A stretch of DNA of 64,000 nt from positions 1,587 through 65,586 of the forward strand of contig DOQG01000071.1 of NCBI GenBank assembly GCA_003512525.1, written 5' to 3'. Source of the DNA: Oscillospiraceae bacterium (GTDB lineage: Bacteria; Bacillota; Clostridia; Oscillospirales; Ruminococcaceae). Positions 21,057-31,736 of the stretch are shown here, in pieces; positions within the stretch are counted from its first letter, which is position 1; every line of letters starts with the position of its first letter. The notes beneath the pieces were generated by a model. That model made no database searches and was not told the origin of the DNA. It saw nothing but the letters and a program-made list of their open reading frames with translations. Both the position numbers and the translations under genes were made by a program.

Positions 21057-21156
21057 TTTTTGTGACGTTATCTAAGGCTTGCGCTTATGCATAGGTTGCA
21101 GGCTTACAACGAATACATTTAACTCAAACGGTCATAAACCGGGAAAGGAATTTAAT

Positions 21157-21927
21157 ATGATAGCACTTATTACGGGCGCAAGCTCCGGAATTGGCAGAGA
21201 AATGGCTAAGAACCTTGCGACAAGAGGAGTAAGCCTTATACTTGTAGCAAGGAGAACGGAGAGACTTTTAGCTCTTAAGGAAGAGATCATATACAATTGT
21301 CCCGAAATAAAGGTCAAGACGATAACCGCCGACCTTTCTAAAGAAGAACAATGCTTTGAACTTTATGACAGGGTAAAGGACTATAAGATCGATTTTCTGT
21401 TTAATAATGCGGGATTTGGTCTGTATGGCTCTTTCCTTGAAACAGACCTTGATGATGAGCTTTCTATGATCAATGTCAATATCAAGGCTGTTCATATCCT
21501 GACTAAGCTCTTCCTGCGCGATTTTGCGAAGAGAAACAGCGGATATATCCTTAACACTGCGTCTGTTGCAGGCTTTATGGCAGGACCTCTGCTTGCTACC
21601 TACTATGCGACAAAGAACTATGTCGTACAGCTGACAAAGGCTATATATGAAGAGCTCAGGAGCACAGGCAGCAGAGTAGTGATAAGTGCACTTTGCCCGG
21701 GTCCTGTAGATACCGAGTTCAACAGTGTTGCAGGCGTAAAGAGCTTCGGTATCCCGAGTGAAAATGAGGCTTATGTTGCAGACTATGCTATTGAGCGCCT
21801 TTTATGCGGCGATCTGCTGATTATCCCGGGCGTTACCACCAAGGCGGCTGCGGCAGGCTCAAGATTTGCCCCGACAAAGCTCCTTCTAAGAACTGTGAGA
21901 ACATTACAGGAACAGAAGAACAAGTAA
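21157..21927 (+). CDS. SDR-family short-chain dehydrogenase/reductase
   Basis: TGASSGIG cofactor-binding motif, NNAG, catalytic Y..K (YYATKNY). Confidence 0.85.
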   Translation: MIALITGASSGIGREMAKNLATRGVSLILVARRTERLLALKEEIIYNCPEIKVKTITADLSKEEQCFELYDRVKDYKIDFLFNNAGFGLYGSFLETDLDDELSMINVNIKAVHILTKLFLRDFAKRNSGYILNTASVAGFMAGPLLATYYATKNYVVQLTKAIYEELRSTGSRVVISALCPGPVDTEFNSVAGVKSFGIPSENEAYVADYAIERLLCGDLLIIPGVTTKAAAAGSRFAPTKLLLRTVRTLQEQKNK

Positions 21928-21955
21928 AGAAAGAAAAAATATAATGTGAGGAACT

Positions 21956-23080
21956 ATGGCATATACTACCGATTTTGAGAAGCTGAAAGAACAGCTGAAT
22001 TATAAACCCGATCCGACAAAGCTTGTTTCAAAGCAGGCAAGCGAAAACACCGTAAAGCTTTTTGACTATCTTAAGAGCATATATGGCAAAAAGCACCTTG
22101 CAGGTCAGCAGTATCTGCAAAGCGACGAGGTCGAGGATCTTGTCTATTACCGCCTTACAGGCAAGCTCCCGGCTGTGAGAGGTTATGATTTTATGGGAGT
22201 AAGCTCCTGTAAGAAAACCGATGATCAGGTTGACAGAGCCATAAAGTGGGCTACCGAGTGCGGCGGTATTGTTACAATGTGCTGGCACTGGTACGCTCCG
22301 AATGATATGAACGATTACTCCAAAGGCTCATCGTTCTACTACAAGACGACCGGCTACGATCACAAGACCTGCTTTGATCTGTGCAAGGGTGTGACAGAGG
22401 GCACGGAGGAATATGAGTTTATTATCCGTGAGATAGATATGGTGTCTGCCGAGCTTAAACGTATGGCTGATCTGGATATACCTGTGCTGTGGCGACCTCT
22501 GCATGAAGCTAACGGCAACTGGTTCTGGTGGGGAAATCACGATGAAAAGCACCGCGAAGCCTATAAGAAGCTGTGGTATATGATATTTGACCGTATGGAA
22601 AACTATCATAAGCTGTCTAACCTTATATGGGTGTGGAACGGTCAGGACAAGTGTATGGAGGTAGACCCCAACACATTCGATATCTGCGGAGATGATATTT
22701 ATTCGGTAAAGGAATATGACCATTCTTCCCAGAAGAAGAGATTTGAATATATGAGGGAGCTTGCACACGGCAAGCTGATAACATTATCAGAGTGCGGCTA
22801 TATTCCTGAACCCGATGAGATGAAAAAGGACAACGCCATGTGGCTGTGGTGGCTTCCGTGGTGGGGCGAGTTCGTCTATAAGCGTGACGGCTACAAGCCT
22901 GTTTTCGATAAAGACGGCTATACGGTGATAAACGAAAAATACATGACGGAAGATTTTATGAAGCGCGTTATGTCGCATCCCGATGTAATTATGCGTGAGG
23001 ATCTGCCGTGGTACGACAAGGATAAGCATAAGCTCCCCGATGCGCTTTTGACAAATCTTGAGAGGATAAAAAGCAAATGA
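21956..23080 (+). CDS. glycoside hydrolase family 26 (beta-mannanase-like), no signal peptide
   Basis: WRPLHEANGNWFWWG and WVWNGQDK motifs characteristic of GH26; the N-terminus lacks a signal sequence. Confidence 0.7.
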   Translation: MAYTTDFEKLKEQLNYKPDPTKLVSKQASENTVKLFDYLKSIYGKKHLAGQQYLQSDEVEDLVYYRLTGKLPAVRGYDFMGVSSCKKTDDQVDRAIKWATECGGIVTMCWHWYAPNDMNDYSKGSSFYYKTTGYDHKTCFDLCKGVTEGTEEYEFIIREIDMVSAELKRMADLDIPVLWRPLHEANGNWFWWGNHDEKHREAYKKLWYMIFDRMENYHKLSNLIWVWNGQDKCMEVDPNTFDICGDDIYSVKEYDHSSQKKRFEYMRELAHGKLITLSECGYIPEPDEMKKDNAMWLWWLPWWGEFVYKRDGYKPVFDKDGYTVINEKYMTEDFMKRVMSHPDVIMREDLPWYDKDKHKLPDALLTNLERIKSK

Positions 23081-23628
23081 GAAAGGCGCTCACGGTATTA
23101 TTTGCCGTAATTTTTGCCGCAACGCTCTGCGGCTGTGCCAATGATGTTTCTTCCTCTGTACAGCAGGCGGAAAGCTCATCCCGTTCGTCTACAAAATGGA
23201 CGGTAACAGAAGTGGCAGACGATGATATTTCCTGCGAGGGTCTGGTGCTCACTGCACTGAATGCGGGAAGTTTCCCGGAGATGGTAAAGGCAACGGACAG
23301 CACACTGCTTGATACGATAATGGATTTCAGCAAATACGGAATTACCGATTACTGTGTATATCAGCAGGCGATAAGCGTTGAGCTGTCGGAGGTAATTGCG
23401 GTGCGTGCAGTTGATACGGACGGAGTATATGACGCTCTCCAAAGCAGGAAAGAAAGCTTGATAAAGCAATTCGGAACATATCCTGAGCAGGCAAAGAATG
23501 CCGAGCAGACAGTAGTATTCAAAAAGGGCGATCTGTGCTTTCTGATAGCATCGGAAGAGCCTGATAAAGCCGAGAAAGCAATATCTGATAAAATCAAGGC
23601 AAACTCCGATGTCTTATCGATTTCTTGA
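23077..23628 (+). CDS. lipoprotein, DUF4358-like
   Basis: Lipobox LCGC at residues 17-20 after a hydrophobic signal. ATGA start/stop overlap with the GH26 gene suggests translational coupling. Confidence 0.6.
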   Translation: MRKALTVLFAVIFAATLCGCANDVSSSVQQAESSSRSSTKWTVTEVADDDISCEGLVLTALNAGSFPEMVKATDSTLLDTIMDFSKYGITDYCVYQQAISVELSEVIAVRAVDTDGVYDALQSRKESLIKQFGTYPEQAKNAEQTVVFKKGDLCFLIASEEPDKAEKAISDKIKANSDVLSIS

Positions 23629-23674
23629 AAAGAAAGACTATCTGAAACAAAGCATAGAGTGTGAAAATGTAATG

Positions 23675-23703
23675 ACCGCAGATTTTCTGCGGTTACTTTT
23701 TTA
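23675..23703 (+). terminator. rho-independent terminator
   Basis: accgcagattttctgcggt hairpin followed by tacTTTTTTa. Confidence 0.75.
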
Positions 23704-23851
23704 TCGGTAAAGCGCTGTCGTGCTGCTTTTTTCGCCTCGCTACTTGAAAAACCGACAGAAAAATGCTATAATTATAAAGATTTATCGGCGGTTATTTTCA
23801 GCCTGTCGATTGGAAATAAACGGGTAGAACCGTAGGAAAGGTATAGATTTT

Positions 23852-25633
23852 ATGTTAGACACAATGAAAGGTCTTAAGCGCACACATTATTGCGGCGAGG
23901 TCGAGGGGATAGGCAATACGGTTACAGTTGCCGGATTTGTACAGAGAGTAAGAGATAAGGGAAGCCTTATGTTTGTTGACCTGCGGGATCGCACGGGAAT
24001 AGTTCAGCTTGTATTTGACGATACTACTGAACCTGCTGTTTTTGAAAAGGCTAAACAGATAAAGAGCGAATATGTGCTTATGGTGCAGGGACTTCTGCGT
24101 GAAAGAGAGAGCAAAAATAACGATATAAAGACAGGTAACGTTGAGATACTGGTTACCGACCTGCGCATACTTTCAATGGCGCAAACAACACCGTTTGAGA
24201 TAGTAAACGATACAAAGACAAATGAGGAGCTCCGCCTTAAGTACCGATATCTTGATCTTCGCAGAAAGAAGTTACAGGATAACCTTATAATGCGTCACAA
24301 GATAGCAAAGACAGCACGTGAGTATTTTTATGATAACGGCTTTCTTGAAATAGAAACACCTATGATGATGAAGTCTACTCCCGAGGGTGCAAGAGATTAC
24401 CTTGTACCGTCAAGAGTTCACGAGGGTAAGTTCTATGCGCTTCCCCAGTCGCCCCAGATATATAAGCAGTTACTGATGATCTCGGGTTTTGACCGTTATA
24501 TCCAGCTTGCGAGATGCTTCAGAGATGAGGATCTGCGTGCGGACAGACAGCCCGAGTTCACACAGATCGACCTTGAAATGTCATTTATGGACGTTGATGA
24601 GATACTTGAACTTACAGAGGGCTTTATCAGGAAGCTGATGAAGGATGTTCTTGATGTTGATATCACAACTCCGCTCCCCAGACTGACATATAATGACGCT
24701 ATGTCACGTTATGGCTCGGATAAGCCCGATACACGCTTCGGAATGGAGATACAGGATCTGTCCGATATTGTTAAGGATACCGAGTTTTCCGTATTCTCCT
24801 CGGCAATTGCCGCAGGCGGAAGTGTAAGAGCTATCGTTGCAAAGAACGCCGCAGGCATTCTCACAAGAAAAGAGATCGACAAGCTGACCGAGTTCTCAAA
24901 GGGTATCGGCGCTAAGGGTCTTGCTTATATCCGTTGGAATGATGATGCGCCGAACTGCTCGTTTGCAAAATTCCTCAAAGAGGGCGAGCTTGACGCTATC
25001 CTTTCGCACCTCGGCTGTGAAAAGGGAGATGTAGTGCTGATTGTTGCCGATAAGAATAAGGTGACGCTCCCTGTACTCGGTGCTCTGCGTCTTAAGGTCG
25101 GCAAGCAGATAGGCATTGTACCCGACAGCGGCTACAATTTCTTATGGATAACCGAGTTCCCGTTCTTTGAGTGGGACGATGAATCGGAAAGCTGGCTTGC
25201 TATGCACCACCCATTCACGATGCCTATGGAAGAGTGCCTTGAATACCTTGACACCGACAAGGGCAAGGTAAGAGCAAAGGCTTACGACCTAGTTCTTAAC
25301 GGCATCGAGCTTTGCAGTGGTTCTATCCGTATAACCGACCCTGAGCTTCAGGAGAGAATGTTCAGACTGCTCGGTCTTACAGATAAGGAAATTGAAGAGA
25401 AATTCGGCTTCCTTGTTGACGCATACAAGTATGCCGCACCTCCGCACGGTGGTCTTGGTATAGGTCTTGACAGGCTTTCGATGCTCCTTTGCGGTGCAGA
25501 CAGCCTGAGAGATGTAGTTGCATTCCCGAAGGTAAAGGACGCAAGCGAGCTTATGTCGCAGTGCCCGTCAGTAGTTGACGATAAGCAGCTTGAGGAGCTT
25601 CATATAAGAACGGTTGTTTCCGATAAGCAATAA
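23852..25633 (+). CDS. aspS: aspartate--tRNA ligase
   Basis: 593 aa, class II aaRS motifs (FRDEDLRADRQPEFTQID, GGLGIGLDRL) and an N-terminal OB anticodon-binding domain. Confidence 0.95.
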   Translation: MLDTMKGLKRTHYCGEVEGIGNTVTVAGFVQRVRDKGSLMFVDLRDRTGIVQLVFDDTTEPAVFEKAKQIKSEYVLMVQGLLRERESKNNDIKTGNVEILVTDLRILSMAQTTPFEIVNDTKTNEELRLKYRYLDLRRKKLQDNLIMRHKIAKTAREYFYDNGFLEIETPMMMKSTPEGARDYLVPSRVHEGKFYALPQSPQIYKQLLMISGFDRYIQLARCFRDEDLRADRQPEFTQIDLEMSFMDVDEILELTEGFIRKLMKDVLDVDITTPLPRLTYNDAMSRYGSDKPDTRFGMEIQDLSDIVKDTEFSVFSSAIAAGGSVRAIVAKNAAGILTRKEIDKLTEFSKGIGAKGLAYIRWNDDAPNCSFAKFLKEGELDAILSHLGCEKGDVVLIVADKNKVTLPVLGALRLKVGKQIGIVPDSGYNFLWITEFPFFEWDDESESWLAMHHPFTMPMEECLEYLDTDKGKVRAKAYDLVLNGIELCSGSIRITDPELQERMFRLLGLTDKEIEEKFGFLVDAYKYAAPPHGGLGIGLDRLSMLLCGADSLRDVVAFPKVKDASELMSQCPSVVDDKQLEELHIRTVVSDKQ

Positions 25634-25675
25634 ATCGTCCAAGCCATTACTGAGAAAGCATACGAGGAAATGTAA

Positions 25676-25897
25676 ATGAATAAAGCATCATCTGCCGCCG
25701 CTAAAAAAAACAACGGCATACAAAGAAGCTTAAGACACTGTGTAGAGCTTGTATTCTGTATAACTGCAGTAATGATACTGCTCCTGACGTATTTTACATC
25801 GATAACGAATGCGATAAACAGCAAGCACAGCATATTCGTTGCGCAGACATCCAAGAGAGCCTCTGACATAACGGCATGGTTCGATAAGCATTTATGA
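25676..25897 (+). pseudogene. N-terminal fragment (TM1 plus start of Cache domain) of the downstream MCP, in a different frame
   Basis: 73-aa ORF with one TM helix, ending in TGA inside ATGA. The downstream MCP ORF begins at the overlapping ATG in another frame, so the two together resemble a single MCP gene split by a frame shift. Confidence 0.5.
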
Positions 25898-27672
25898 TGG
25901 ATAACTTAGCAGAGGCTGTTGACAGCGGTAAATACGATGCCGATAATTTCGACAAGGCTTATGGTTTTCTTGTCGATATGCAGTCGGTTTCAGACGAGGT
26001 ATATGTGTTCTACATCGGAAAGTCGGATAAATCATCTGTATTCTCTGACGGCTGGGATGCTGCCGCAGAAAATTACGACCCTACCGACCGTGACTGGTAC
26101 ACAAAGGCGGTTGAAGCTAAAAAGACGGTTGTTTCCGATCCGTATATCGATGTCAAGACAAAAGAGCTTGTAATAACGGTTTCAAAGCCGATATTCCACG
26201 ATAACGGCGATATTTCGGTAGTTGCTGCCGATATCTTTGTAACGTCTGTCATTGATATAGCAAAGTCCAATGTCAACGGCGGATATTACCCGATACTTAT
26301 CGATGCCGCAGGAGATATAGTTGTACATAGGAATGATGCATATCTTCCTTATGTAGATAATGATGAAAGCGAACATTATACAAAGGCTTCCGATACGAGT
26401 ATTGCGGCGATTGTCGGAAATGAGAACGGAAGGATATATACAGGCACAGATGAAAACGGTCAGCTTTCAATCTATGCAAAGGAAAACGTCGGCGGCTATG
26501 GATGGACAATAATTTACGCACAGGACACATATACTTTCTATTTTAGCGAGATGTGGCTGGTTATAATATTCATCTCAGTACTTGTCATACTTACTGTGAT
26601 AAGCACGATTGTACTTAACATTCAGATAAACCGTAAGCTTAAACCAATGAGCGAAATCAATAAGGCGGCTGATTCGATGAAGAACGGTCAGCTGTCATAT
26701 AAGAGCGGATATCGCAAAAACGATGAGATCGGCTCTGCCTGCCTTGCCATCGAAGAAGCTAACGGTATGCTTAAGAACTATGTTTCGGATATCGATATGA
26801 AGCTCGGACAGATGGCGGAAGGCCGTTTCAACAATGAGATAACATTGCAATATAATGGGGATTTTGCCGATATAAAAGCTTCAATGATAAAGATACAGAA
26901 CTCACTTAAAGATACGCTTACACAGATTGAAAACGCGGCAAGTCAGGTATCTGAAGGTTCAGAACAGTTGGCGGCGGGAGCACAGGAGCTTTCTGACGGT
27001 GCGGCTATGCAGGCGGGAGCTATCGATACGCTTTCGTCGAACTGTGAGCTTGTATCCGGAAACGTAAAGACCACAGCCGACAATGCAAATCGCGCAAATG
27101 TGATAGTGACTGAGATGGGCGAAAAGGTAAATCTCTGTAATGACAGTATGAACAAGCTTTCAGCGGCTATGCAGGAGATCGGCGACAAGTCGGGAGAGAT
27201 CAAAAAGATTATTCAGACGGTCGAGGATATTGCATTCCAGACAAACATACTCGCGCTCAATGCAGCTGTCGAGGCGGCAAGAGCCGGTGAGGCAGGCAAG
27301 GGCTTTGCGGTCGTTGCCGATGAAGTAAGAAACCTTGCGGGCAAAACCGCAGATGCGGCGGCGCTTACATCACAGCTTATCGAGCATACAGTCGGAGCTG
27401 TTGCTAATGGTACGGAGCTTACAACGGATACTGTTGATGCTATGCTAACGCTTGTTGGCAGTGTAAATGAAGCAGTAAGTATTGTAAGAAGCATCACAGC
27501 AGACGCAAATGCCGAAAGTGAGGAGCTTGAGAAAATAACCGAAGGCGTAGAGCAGATAGCAAGTGTTATTCAGCGCAATACCGCAACCGCGGAAGAAAGT
27601 GCAGCATCAAGTGAGGAGCTGAGCGGTCAGGCGGCATTACTGAAAACGCTTACCGATAGATTTGAACTTTGA
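25894..27672 (+). CDS. methyl-accepting chemotaxis protein with dCache-type sensor (N-terminus apparently frame-shifted away)
   Basis: DRDWYTKA (Cache RPWY-like) motif, TM2, HAMP, and the highly conserved MCP signalling-domain sequence [32 protein letters not shown]. Confidence 0.85.
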   Translation: MMDNLAEAVDSGKYDADNFDKAYGFLVDMQSVSDEVYVFYIGKSDKSSVFSDGWDAAAENYDPTDRDWYTKAVEAKKTVVSDPYIDVKTKELVITVSKPIFHDNGDISVVAADIFVTSVIDIAKSNVNGGYYPILIDAAGDIVVHRNDAYLPYVDNDESEHYTKASDTSIAAIVGNENGRIYTGTDENGQLSIYAKENVGGYGWTIIYAQDTYTFYFSEMWLVIIFISVLVILTVISTIVLNIQINRKLKPMSEINKAADSMKNGQLSYKSGYRKNDEIGSACLAIEEANGMLKNYVSDIDMKLGQMAEGRFNNEITLQYNGDFADIKASMIKIQNSLKDTLTQIENAASQVSEGSEQLAAGAQELSDGAAMQAGAIDTLSSNCELVSGNVKTTADNANRANVIVTEMGEKVNLCNDSMNKLSAAMQEIGDKSGEIKKIIQTVEDIAFQTNILALNAAVEAARAGEAGKGFAVVADEVRNLAGKTADAAALTSQLIEHTVGAVANGTELTTDTVDAMLTLVGSVNEAVSIVRSITADANAESEELEKITEGVEQIASVIQRNTATAEESAASSEELSGQAALLKTLTDRFEL

Positions 27673-27691
27673 TAAATGAATAACTTACCGG

Positions 27692-27722
27692 GAACGCATG
27701 AGAGATCATGCGTTCTTTTTTT
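27692..27722 (+). terminator. rho-independent terminator after MCP
   Basis: gaacgcatgagagatcatgcgttc hairpin followed by TTTTTTT. Confidence 0.8.
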
Positions 27723-27780
27723 ATACCCTCGCGCATAGACTTTACTAAACAAAAAAGACAAGCCGAAAGGATATGAAAAA

Positions 27781-28680
27781 ATGATAGAAAGTAAAACAAA
27801 TGAATATGACGTTGCAATTCGACCGATAGCGAGAGTTTTTCCCGCATTATGTTCTGTGCCGCAGTCGATAAAGCTTGTTGCCGAGGAGATACGGATAAAA
27901 TGCGGCGCGCCGCTTATGATCCGTACAGGTGACCGAAATCATATTATGCAGGTCACTGCTGACAGTGCACTTATCAGTGAGTGTATCAGCGCAATTTGTC
28001 AGAACTCAGTCCATACATATGAAAAGGATATAGCAAACGGCTTTATAACGCTGTACGGCGGTCATAGGGCGGGTATTTGCGGAAGTGCCGTGTATAGCGG
28101 TGACAGACTGCACACAGTGAAGAATATCAGCTCCCTGAATATCCGCATAGCCAGACAGCACTATGGGGCGGCGAGGGACTTGCTACCGCTTTTTGATGAT
28201 GTCGGCAGCAAGGGTCTGATGATAATCGGCAGACCGCTCAGCGGTAAGACTACGGTACTGCGCGATCTATGTCGGGGTATCGGCGGGCGGTTCAGGATAT
28301 CGCTTATTGACGAACGACAGGAGATCGCGGCGGTATATGACGGAAAACCATGCCTTGATGTAGGGCTTATGACGGACGTGTTCAGCGGTTACGGAAAGTC
28401 CGACGGCATAATAAGGGCGATAAGATGTATGTCGCCTGACTATATTGTGACCGATGAGCTCGGAGTGGACGCCGAAAGCATAAGACAGCTTATAAACTCG
28501 GGTGTCGGGCTTATTATGACGGCTCATGCGGACAGTATTGAAACCGCTTTAGCAAACGAGGGGATAAAAGCGATCGTTGACAGTGGAGCAATACAACATA
28601 TTGCACTACTCCGGAATCATAGGATAACCGCCGTGAAGCAGATCATTACGCCCGAAGTTATGGCGGAGTGCACGTTATGA
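27781..28680 (+). CDS. spoIIIAA: stage III sporulation protein AA (ATPase)
   Basis: Walker A GRPLSGKTT; first gene of an eight-gene spoIIIA cluster. Confidence 0.9.
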   Translation: MIESKTNEYDVAIRPIARVFPALCSVPQSIKLVAEEIRIKCGAPLMIRTGDRNHIMQVTADSALISECISAICQNSVHTYEKDIANGFITLYGGHRAGICGSAVYSGDRLHTVKNISSLNIRIARQHYGAARDLLPLFDDVGSKGLMIIGRPLSGKTTVLRDLCRGIGGRFRISLIDERQEIAAVYDGKPCLDVGLMTDVFSGYGKSDGIIRAIRCMSPDYIVTDELGVDAESIRQLINSGVGLIMTAHADSIETALANEGIKAIVDSGAIQHIALLRNHRITAVKQIITPEVMAECTL

Positions 28681-29171
28681 TATGCATTGTCATATTTATG
28701 CTTACAACACTCAGCGGTGCGGCTGTGGGAGCGTATTTTTCGGACAGACTGTCACAACGTTGCGAGGTTATATCGGCGTACATCTCGCTTTTTCGGAATA
28801 TGACGGCTTATGTCACTTATAACGGATATAAGCTTGACGAAATGCTGAAAGCGCAGTGCAAAACATCACGTTGTTATATTTCGGACAAACTGATAGCAGT
28901 CTGCGAAAGTGGCGGAAATATCAGCGAGGAGTGGGATGCTTGTGTGAACACAAGCGGCTGTCTGAAAGCGGAAGAAAGGAATATTTTATCAGAGCTTGGC
29001 AGAAATATCGGTAAAAGCAATACTGAGGGAGAAACTGCCGTTTTAGCTCTTGCACAGACAAGACTTGAGAGCGTGCTTGAAAGCGCAAGCGAAGAAAAAA
29101 AGCGCAAAGGCAGGCTTTACCGCACACTCGGGATAATGCTGGGAGCAGCGGTAGGTATAATGCTGATATAG
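28668..29171 (+). CDS. spoIIIAB: stage III sporulation protein AB
   Basis: Position in the operon, size and N-terminal TM helix. Confidence 0.8.
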   Translation: MHVMICIVIFMLTTLSGAAVGAYFSDRLSQRCEVISAYISLFRNMTAYVTYNGYKLDEMLKAQCKTSRCYISDKLIAVCESGGNISEEWDACVNTSGCLKAEERNILSELGRNIGKSNTEGETAVLALAQTRLESVLESASEEKKRKGRLYRTLGIMLGAAVGIMLI

Positions 29172-29187
29172 AAAGCGGCGGTGTGAT

Positions 29188-29382
29188 ATGAATGTAGATT
29201 TTATTTTCAAGATAGCGGCGATAGGGATCGTCGTAGCCGTGTTAAATCAGCTTTTACAGCGCTCGGGCAGAGAAGAGCAGGCTATGATGACCACTATTGC
29301 GGGGCTTATTGTCGTGCTTATGATGATAGTGACAGAGATAAGCAACCTGTTTGATACGATAAAAAATATCTTCAATCTTTAG
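29188..29382 (+). CDS. spoIIIAC: stage III sporulation protein AC
   Basis: 64-aa two-TM protein in the expected position. Confidence 0.85.
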   Translation: MNVDFIFKIAAIGIVVAVLNQLLQRSGREEQAMMTTIAGLIVVLMMIVTEISNLFDTIKNIFNL

Positions 29383-29401
29383 ACTTCAAAAGGACGGGAA
29401 T

Positions 29402-29788
29402 ATGAACATTATCGCATTTGTCGGTGCGGGAATTATCGGCGCGGTGCTGTCGGTGGTGCTCAGGCAGTACAAGCCTGAGTTCAGCGTGTATATTACGCTT
29501 ATCACGGGAATGCTTATGCTCGGTGCGGCGGTAACGGCGGTAAAGCCTGTTATAGAAACTATATCCGGCTACCTGCAGATAGCAGACCCCGATTCATCAT
29601 ATGCGGACGTGCTTGTGAAATCGCTTGCGGTCTGCTACATTACGCAGATGGCATCAGACAGCTGTGCAGACGCGGGTGAAAAGTCGATAGCCGCAAAGAT
29701 AGAGCTTGCGGGAAAGTTTGCAATAGTATTGCTCGCACTGCCGGTGTTTGACCGCCTTACGGAAGTAATAAAACAGCTATTGCAGTGA
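29402..29788 (+). CDS. spoIIIAD: stage III sporulation protein AD
   Basis: 128-aa membrane protein, GAGIIGAVLSVVLRQ, in the expected position. Confidence 0.85.
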   Translation: MNIIAFVGAGIIGAVLSVVLRQYKPEFSVYITLITGMLMLGAAVTAVKPVIETISGYLQIADPDSSYADVLVKSLAVCYITQMASDSCADAGEKSIAAKIELAGKFAIVLLALPVFDRLTEVIKQLLQ

Positions 29789-29794
29789 GGAAAT

Positions 29795-30904
29795 ATGAAA
29801 GCAATTATAAAAATAATTACGGTGTTTGTCACGGCGCTTGTGATGCTTGCCGTGCCGTTTTGTGCGGGCGCGCAGGACAGCACGATACTTGACGGCTACA
29901 GCGCCGACATACCGCAGGAGCTTGATCGACAGCTGTCGGCGGCGGGAATAACACCGCAAAGCATAGACAGTAATACATTGTCGCTCGATAAGGTGGTAAG
30001 CAATGTAACAGGTATGTTATGGGACAGCATACAAAGTCCGCTTAAGCTGCTTGTGTCACTTCTCGGCATTACGCTTCTTTGCAGTGCAGCAAATGTATTT
30101 GCCGATAATTCCGGCAATCTTAAGACCGTGTTCTCGGTGGTATCAGTACTTGCGTGCAGCACTCTTACCGTTACAGCTGCGAGCGACTCACTGGCGGCGG
30201 CATCAAAGACGCTTGAGTCGGGCAGTGTGTTCCTTGCAAGTTTTATCCCCGCGTTTGCGGGAATACTCGCTACAAGCGGACACGTCACATCTGCCGCAAT
30301 GTTCAATACCGTGGTAATGGGCGGCGCACAGTGCTTTACTCAGCTTGCGTCAAAGATACTTATGCCGGTGTCTATGAGTATACTCGGTGTATCGCTTGCA
30401 GGGAGCGTGTGCAGTGAGCTTAAGCTGTCGGCGCTTGCCGAAGCGGTAAAGAAAACAGTGATATGGATACTCGGACTTATTATGACGATATTCGTGGCAC
30501 TGCTTGCGATGCAGAGCTTTATCACAGTACCGTCAGACAATGTCGGGCTCAAAGCCGCAAGGTTCACTGTGTCGAATGGTGTTCCGTTCATCGGCGGCGC
30601 TGTGTCAGATTCGCTGTCGGTGATGTACGGCGGTATAGGGCTTATCCGTAACAACTTCGGCGTGTTCGGGATAATAGTCGGCGGGGCGTTGATACTGCCG
30701 TCAATATTGTCGGTGCTGTGCTATAAGCTTGCGTTTTCGGTGGCGGCGGCGTTCAGTGACCTGTTCGGTATATCACAGCTCACGGGGCTTCTCAAGTGCG
30801 CCGAGGGGGTTAGCTCTATAATTATGGCGATGCTCGTATCGTTCCTGCTGATGGCGGTAATATCGATATCTCTTATGATATTTATGGCGGGAGGTGCGGT
30901 ATGA
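29795..30904 (+). CDS. spoIIIAE: stage III sporulation protein AE
   Basis: 369-aa polytopic membrane protein with signal peptide, in the expected position. Confidence 0.85.
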   Translation: MKAIIKIITVFVTALVMLAVPFCAGAQDSTILDGYSADIPQELDRQLSAAGITPQSIDSNTLSLDKVVSNVTGMLWDSIQSPLKLLVSLLGITLLCSAANVFADNSGNLKTVFSVVSVLACSTLTVTAASDSLAAASKTLESGSVFLASFIPAFAGILATSGHVTSAAMFNTVVMGGAQCFTQLASKILMPVSMSILGVSLAGSVCSELKLSALAEAVKKTVIWILGLIMTIFVALLAMQSFITVPSDNVGLKAARFTVSNGVPFIGGAVSDSLSVMYGGIGLIRNNFGVFGIIVGGALILPSILSVLCYKLAFSVAAAFSDLFGISQLTGLLKCAEGVSSIIMAMLVSFLLMAVISISLMIFMAGGAV

Positions 30905-31377
30905 ACGAGATAAAGCAGGCGGCGCTCGGTATATGCGTGCTTGCCGCGGCGGCGGGGCTGCTCAGAATGCTGATACCGTGTGAAAAATACAAGTTGCAGA
31001 TAACATTTGCGATAGCGTGTATTTTTTCGGTGTGCCTGATAAATTCGGTCACCGATGTTATCCCCGCACTTACCATAGAAACTAAGATCGCCGATATCCC
31101 TCAGGTGGATTTCAGCGATAAGCTTTCCGAGCAGGCACGCGTCACTGCGGCAAGAGCCGTCAGGGAAAAGGTCGAGGAGCTACTCACCTCGCACGGATTT
31201 GTTTACCGCAAGGTGTATATTACAGCGCATATTGACGGCGCGTTCTGCATATCTATTAGTGAGGTCGAGCTTGTATTTGATGATAATACGGACGATGGAT
31301 ACATCGCCGATGCTGTATCACTTGTACAGTCGGCAGTCGGGAACGATATAAAGGTCAGATACGCAAAAGAAAGGTAG
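30901..31377 (+). CDS. spoIIIAF: stage III sporulation protein AF
   Basis: 158 aa with two N-terminal TM helices, in the expected position. Confidence 0.8.
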   Translation: MNEIKQAALGICVLAAAAGLLRMLIPCEKYKLQITFAIACIFSVCLINSVTDVIPALTIETKIADIPQVDFSDKLSEQARVTAARAVREKVEELLTSHGFVYRKVYITAHIDGAFCISISEVELVFDDNTDDGYIADAVSLVQSAVGNDIKVRYAKER

Positions 31378-31380
31378 ATT

Positions 31381-31722
31381 ATGAAAGAACTGCTGAGATC
31401 CGATAAGCTGCTTAAAATAGCTTTCATTGCCGGGATAGCGGCGATCGCGCTTATCTTTCTTTCAAGCTTCGGCAGCGGGTCAGACACACAGCTTACCGAA
31501 GAACAGCTGCTTGAACAGCGCATAATGCTGATGCTTGCGGCTATGGACGGGATAGATGATGTTCCGAATGTCACGGTCAGGCTTGATGAGGATAAGCACA
31601 CAGTGCTCGGGGTGACGGTGGTATGTCCCGAAGCTTCAAGCAATCGGATAGCCGAAAGGGTAATCAATGCGGTAAAAACGGCACTCGACGTTTCCGCATC
31701 GAGAATATGTATTACAACATAA
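31381..31722 (+). CDS. spoIIIAG: stage III sporulation protein AG (short clostridial form)
   Basis: N-terminal TM plus C-terminal ring-building motif GVTVVCPEA..INAVKTALDVSASRICIT, which resembles the B. subtilis AG C-terminus. Confidence 0.75.
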   Translation: MKELLRSDKLLKIAFIAGIAAIALIFLSSFGSGSDTQLTEEQLLEQRIMLMLAAMDGIDDVPNVTVRLDEDKHTVLGVTVVCPEASSNRIAERVINAVKTALDVSASRICITT

Positions 31723-31736
31723 GTGAGGTATTTGTT

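Noticed and set aside
23640-23851. Possible T-box leader upstream of aspS
   Set aside because: The 5' UTR between the consensus promoter (TTGAAA/TATAAT) and the start codon is only about 80 nt and lacks an AGGGUGGNACCGCG T-box sequence. It is a simple leader.
27673-27780. Sigma-E type promoter upstream of spoIIIAA
   Set aside because: It is expected biologically, but the sequence (..tttttataccctcgcgcatagacttt..) matches the ATATT-14-CATACA-T consensus only loosely, so it was not called.
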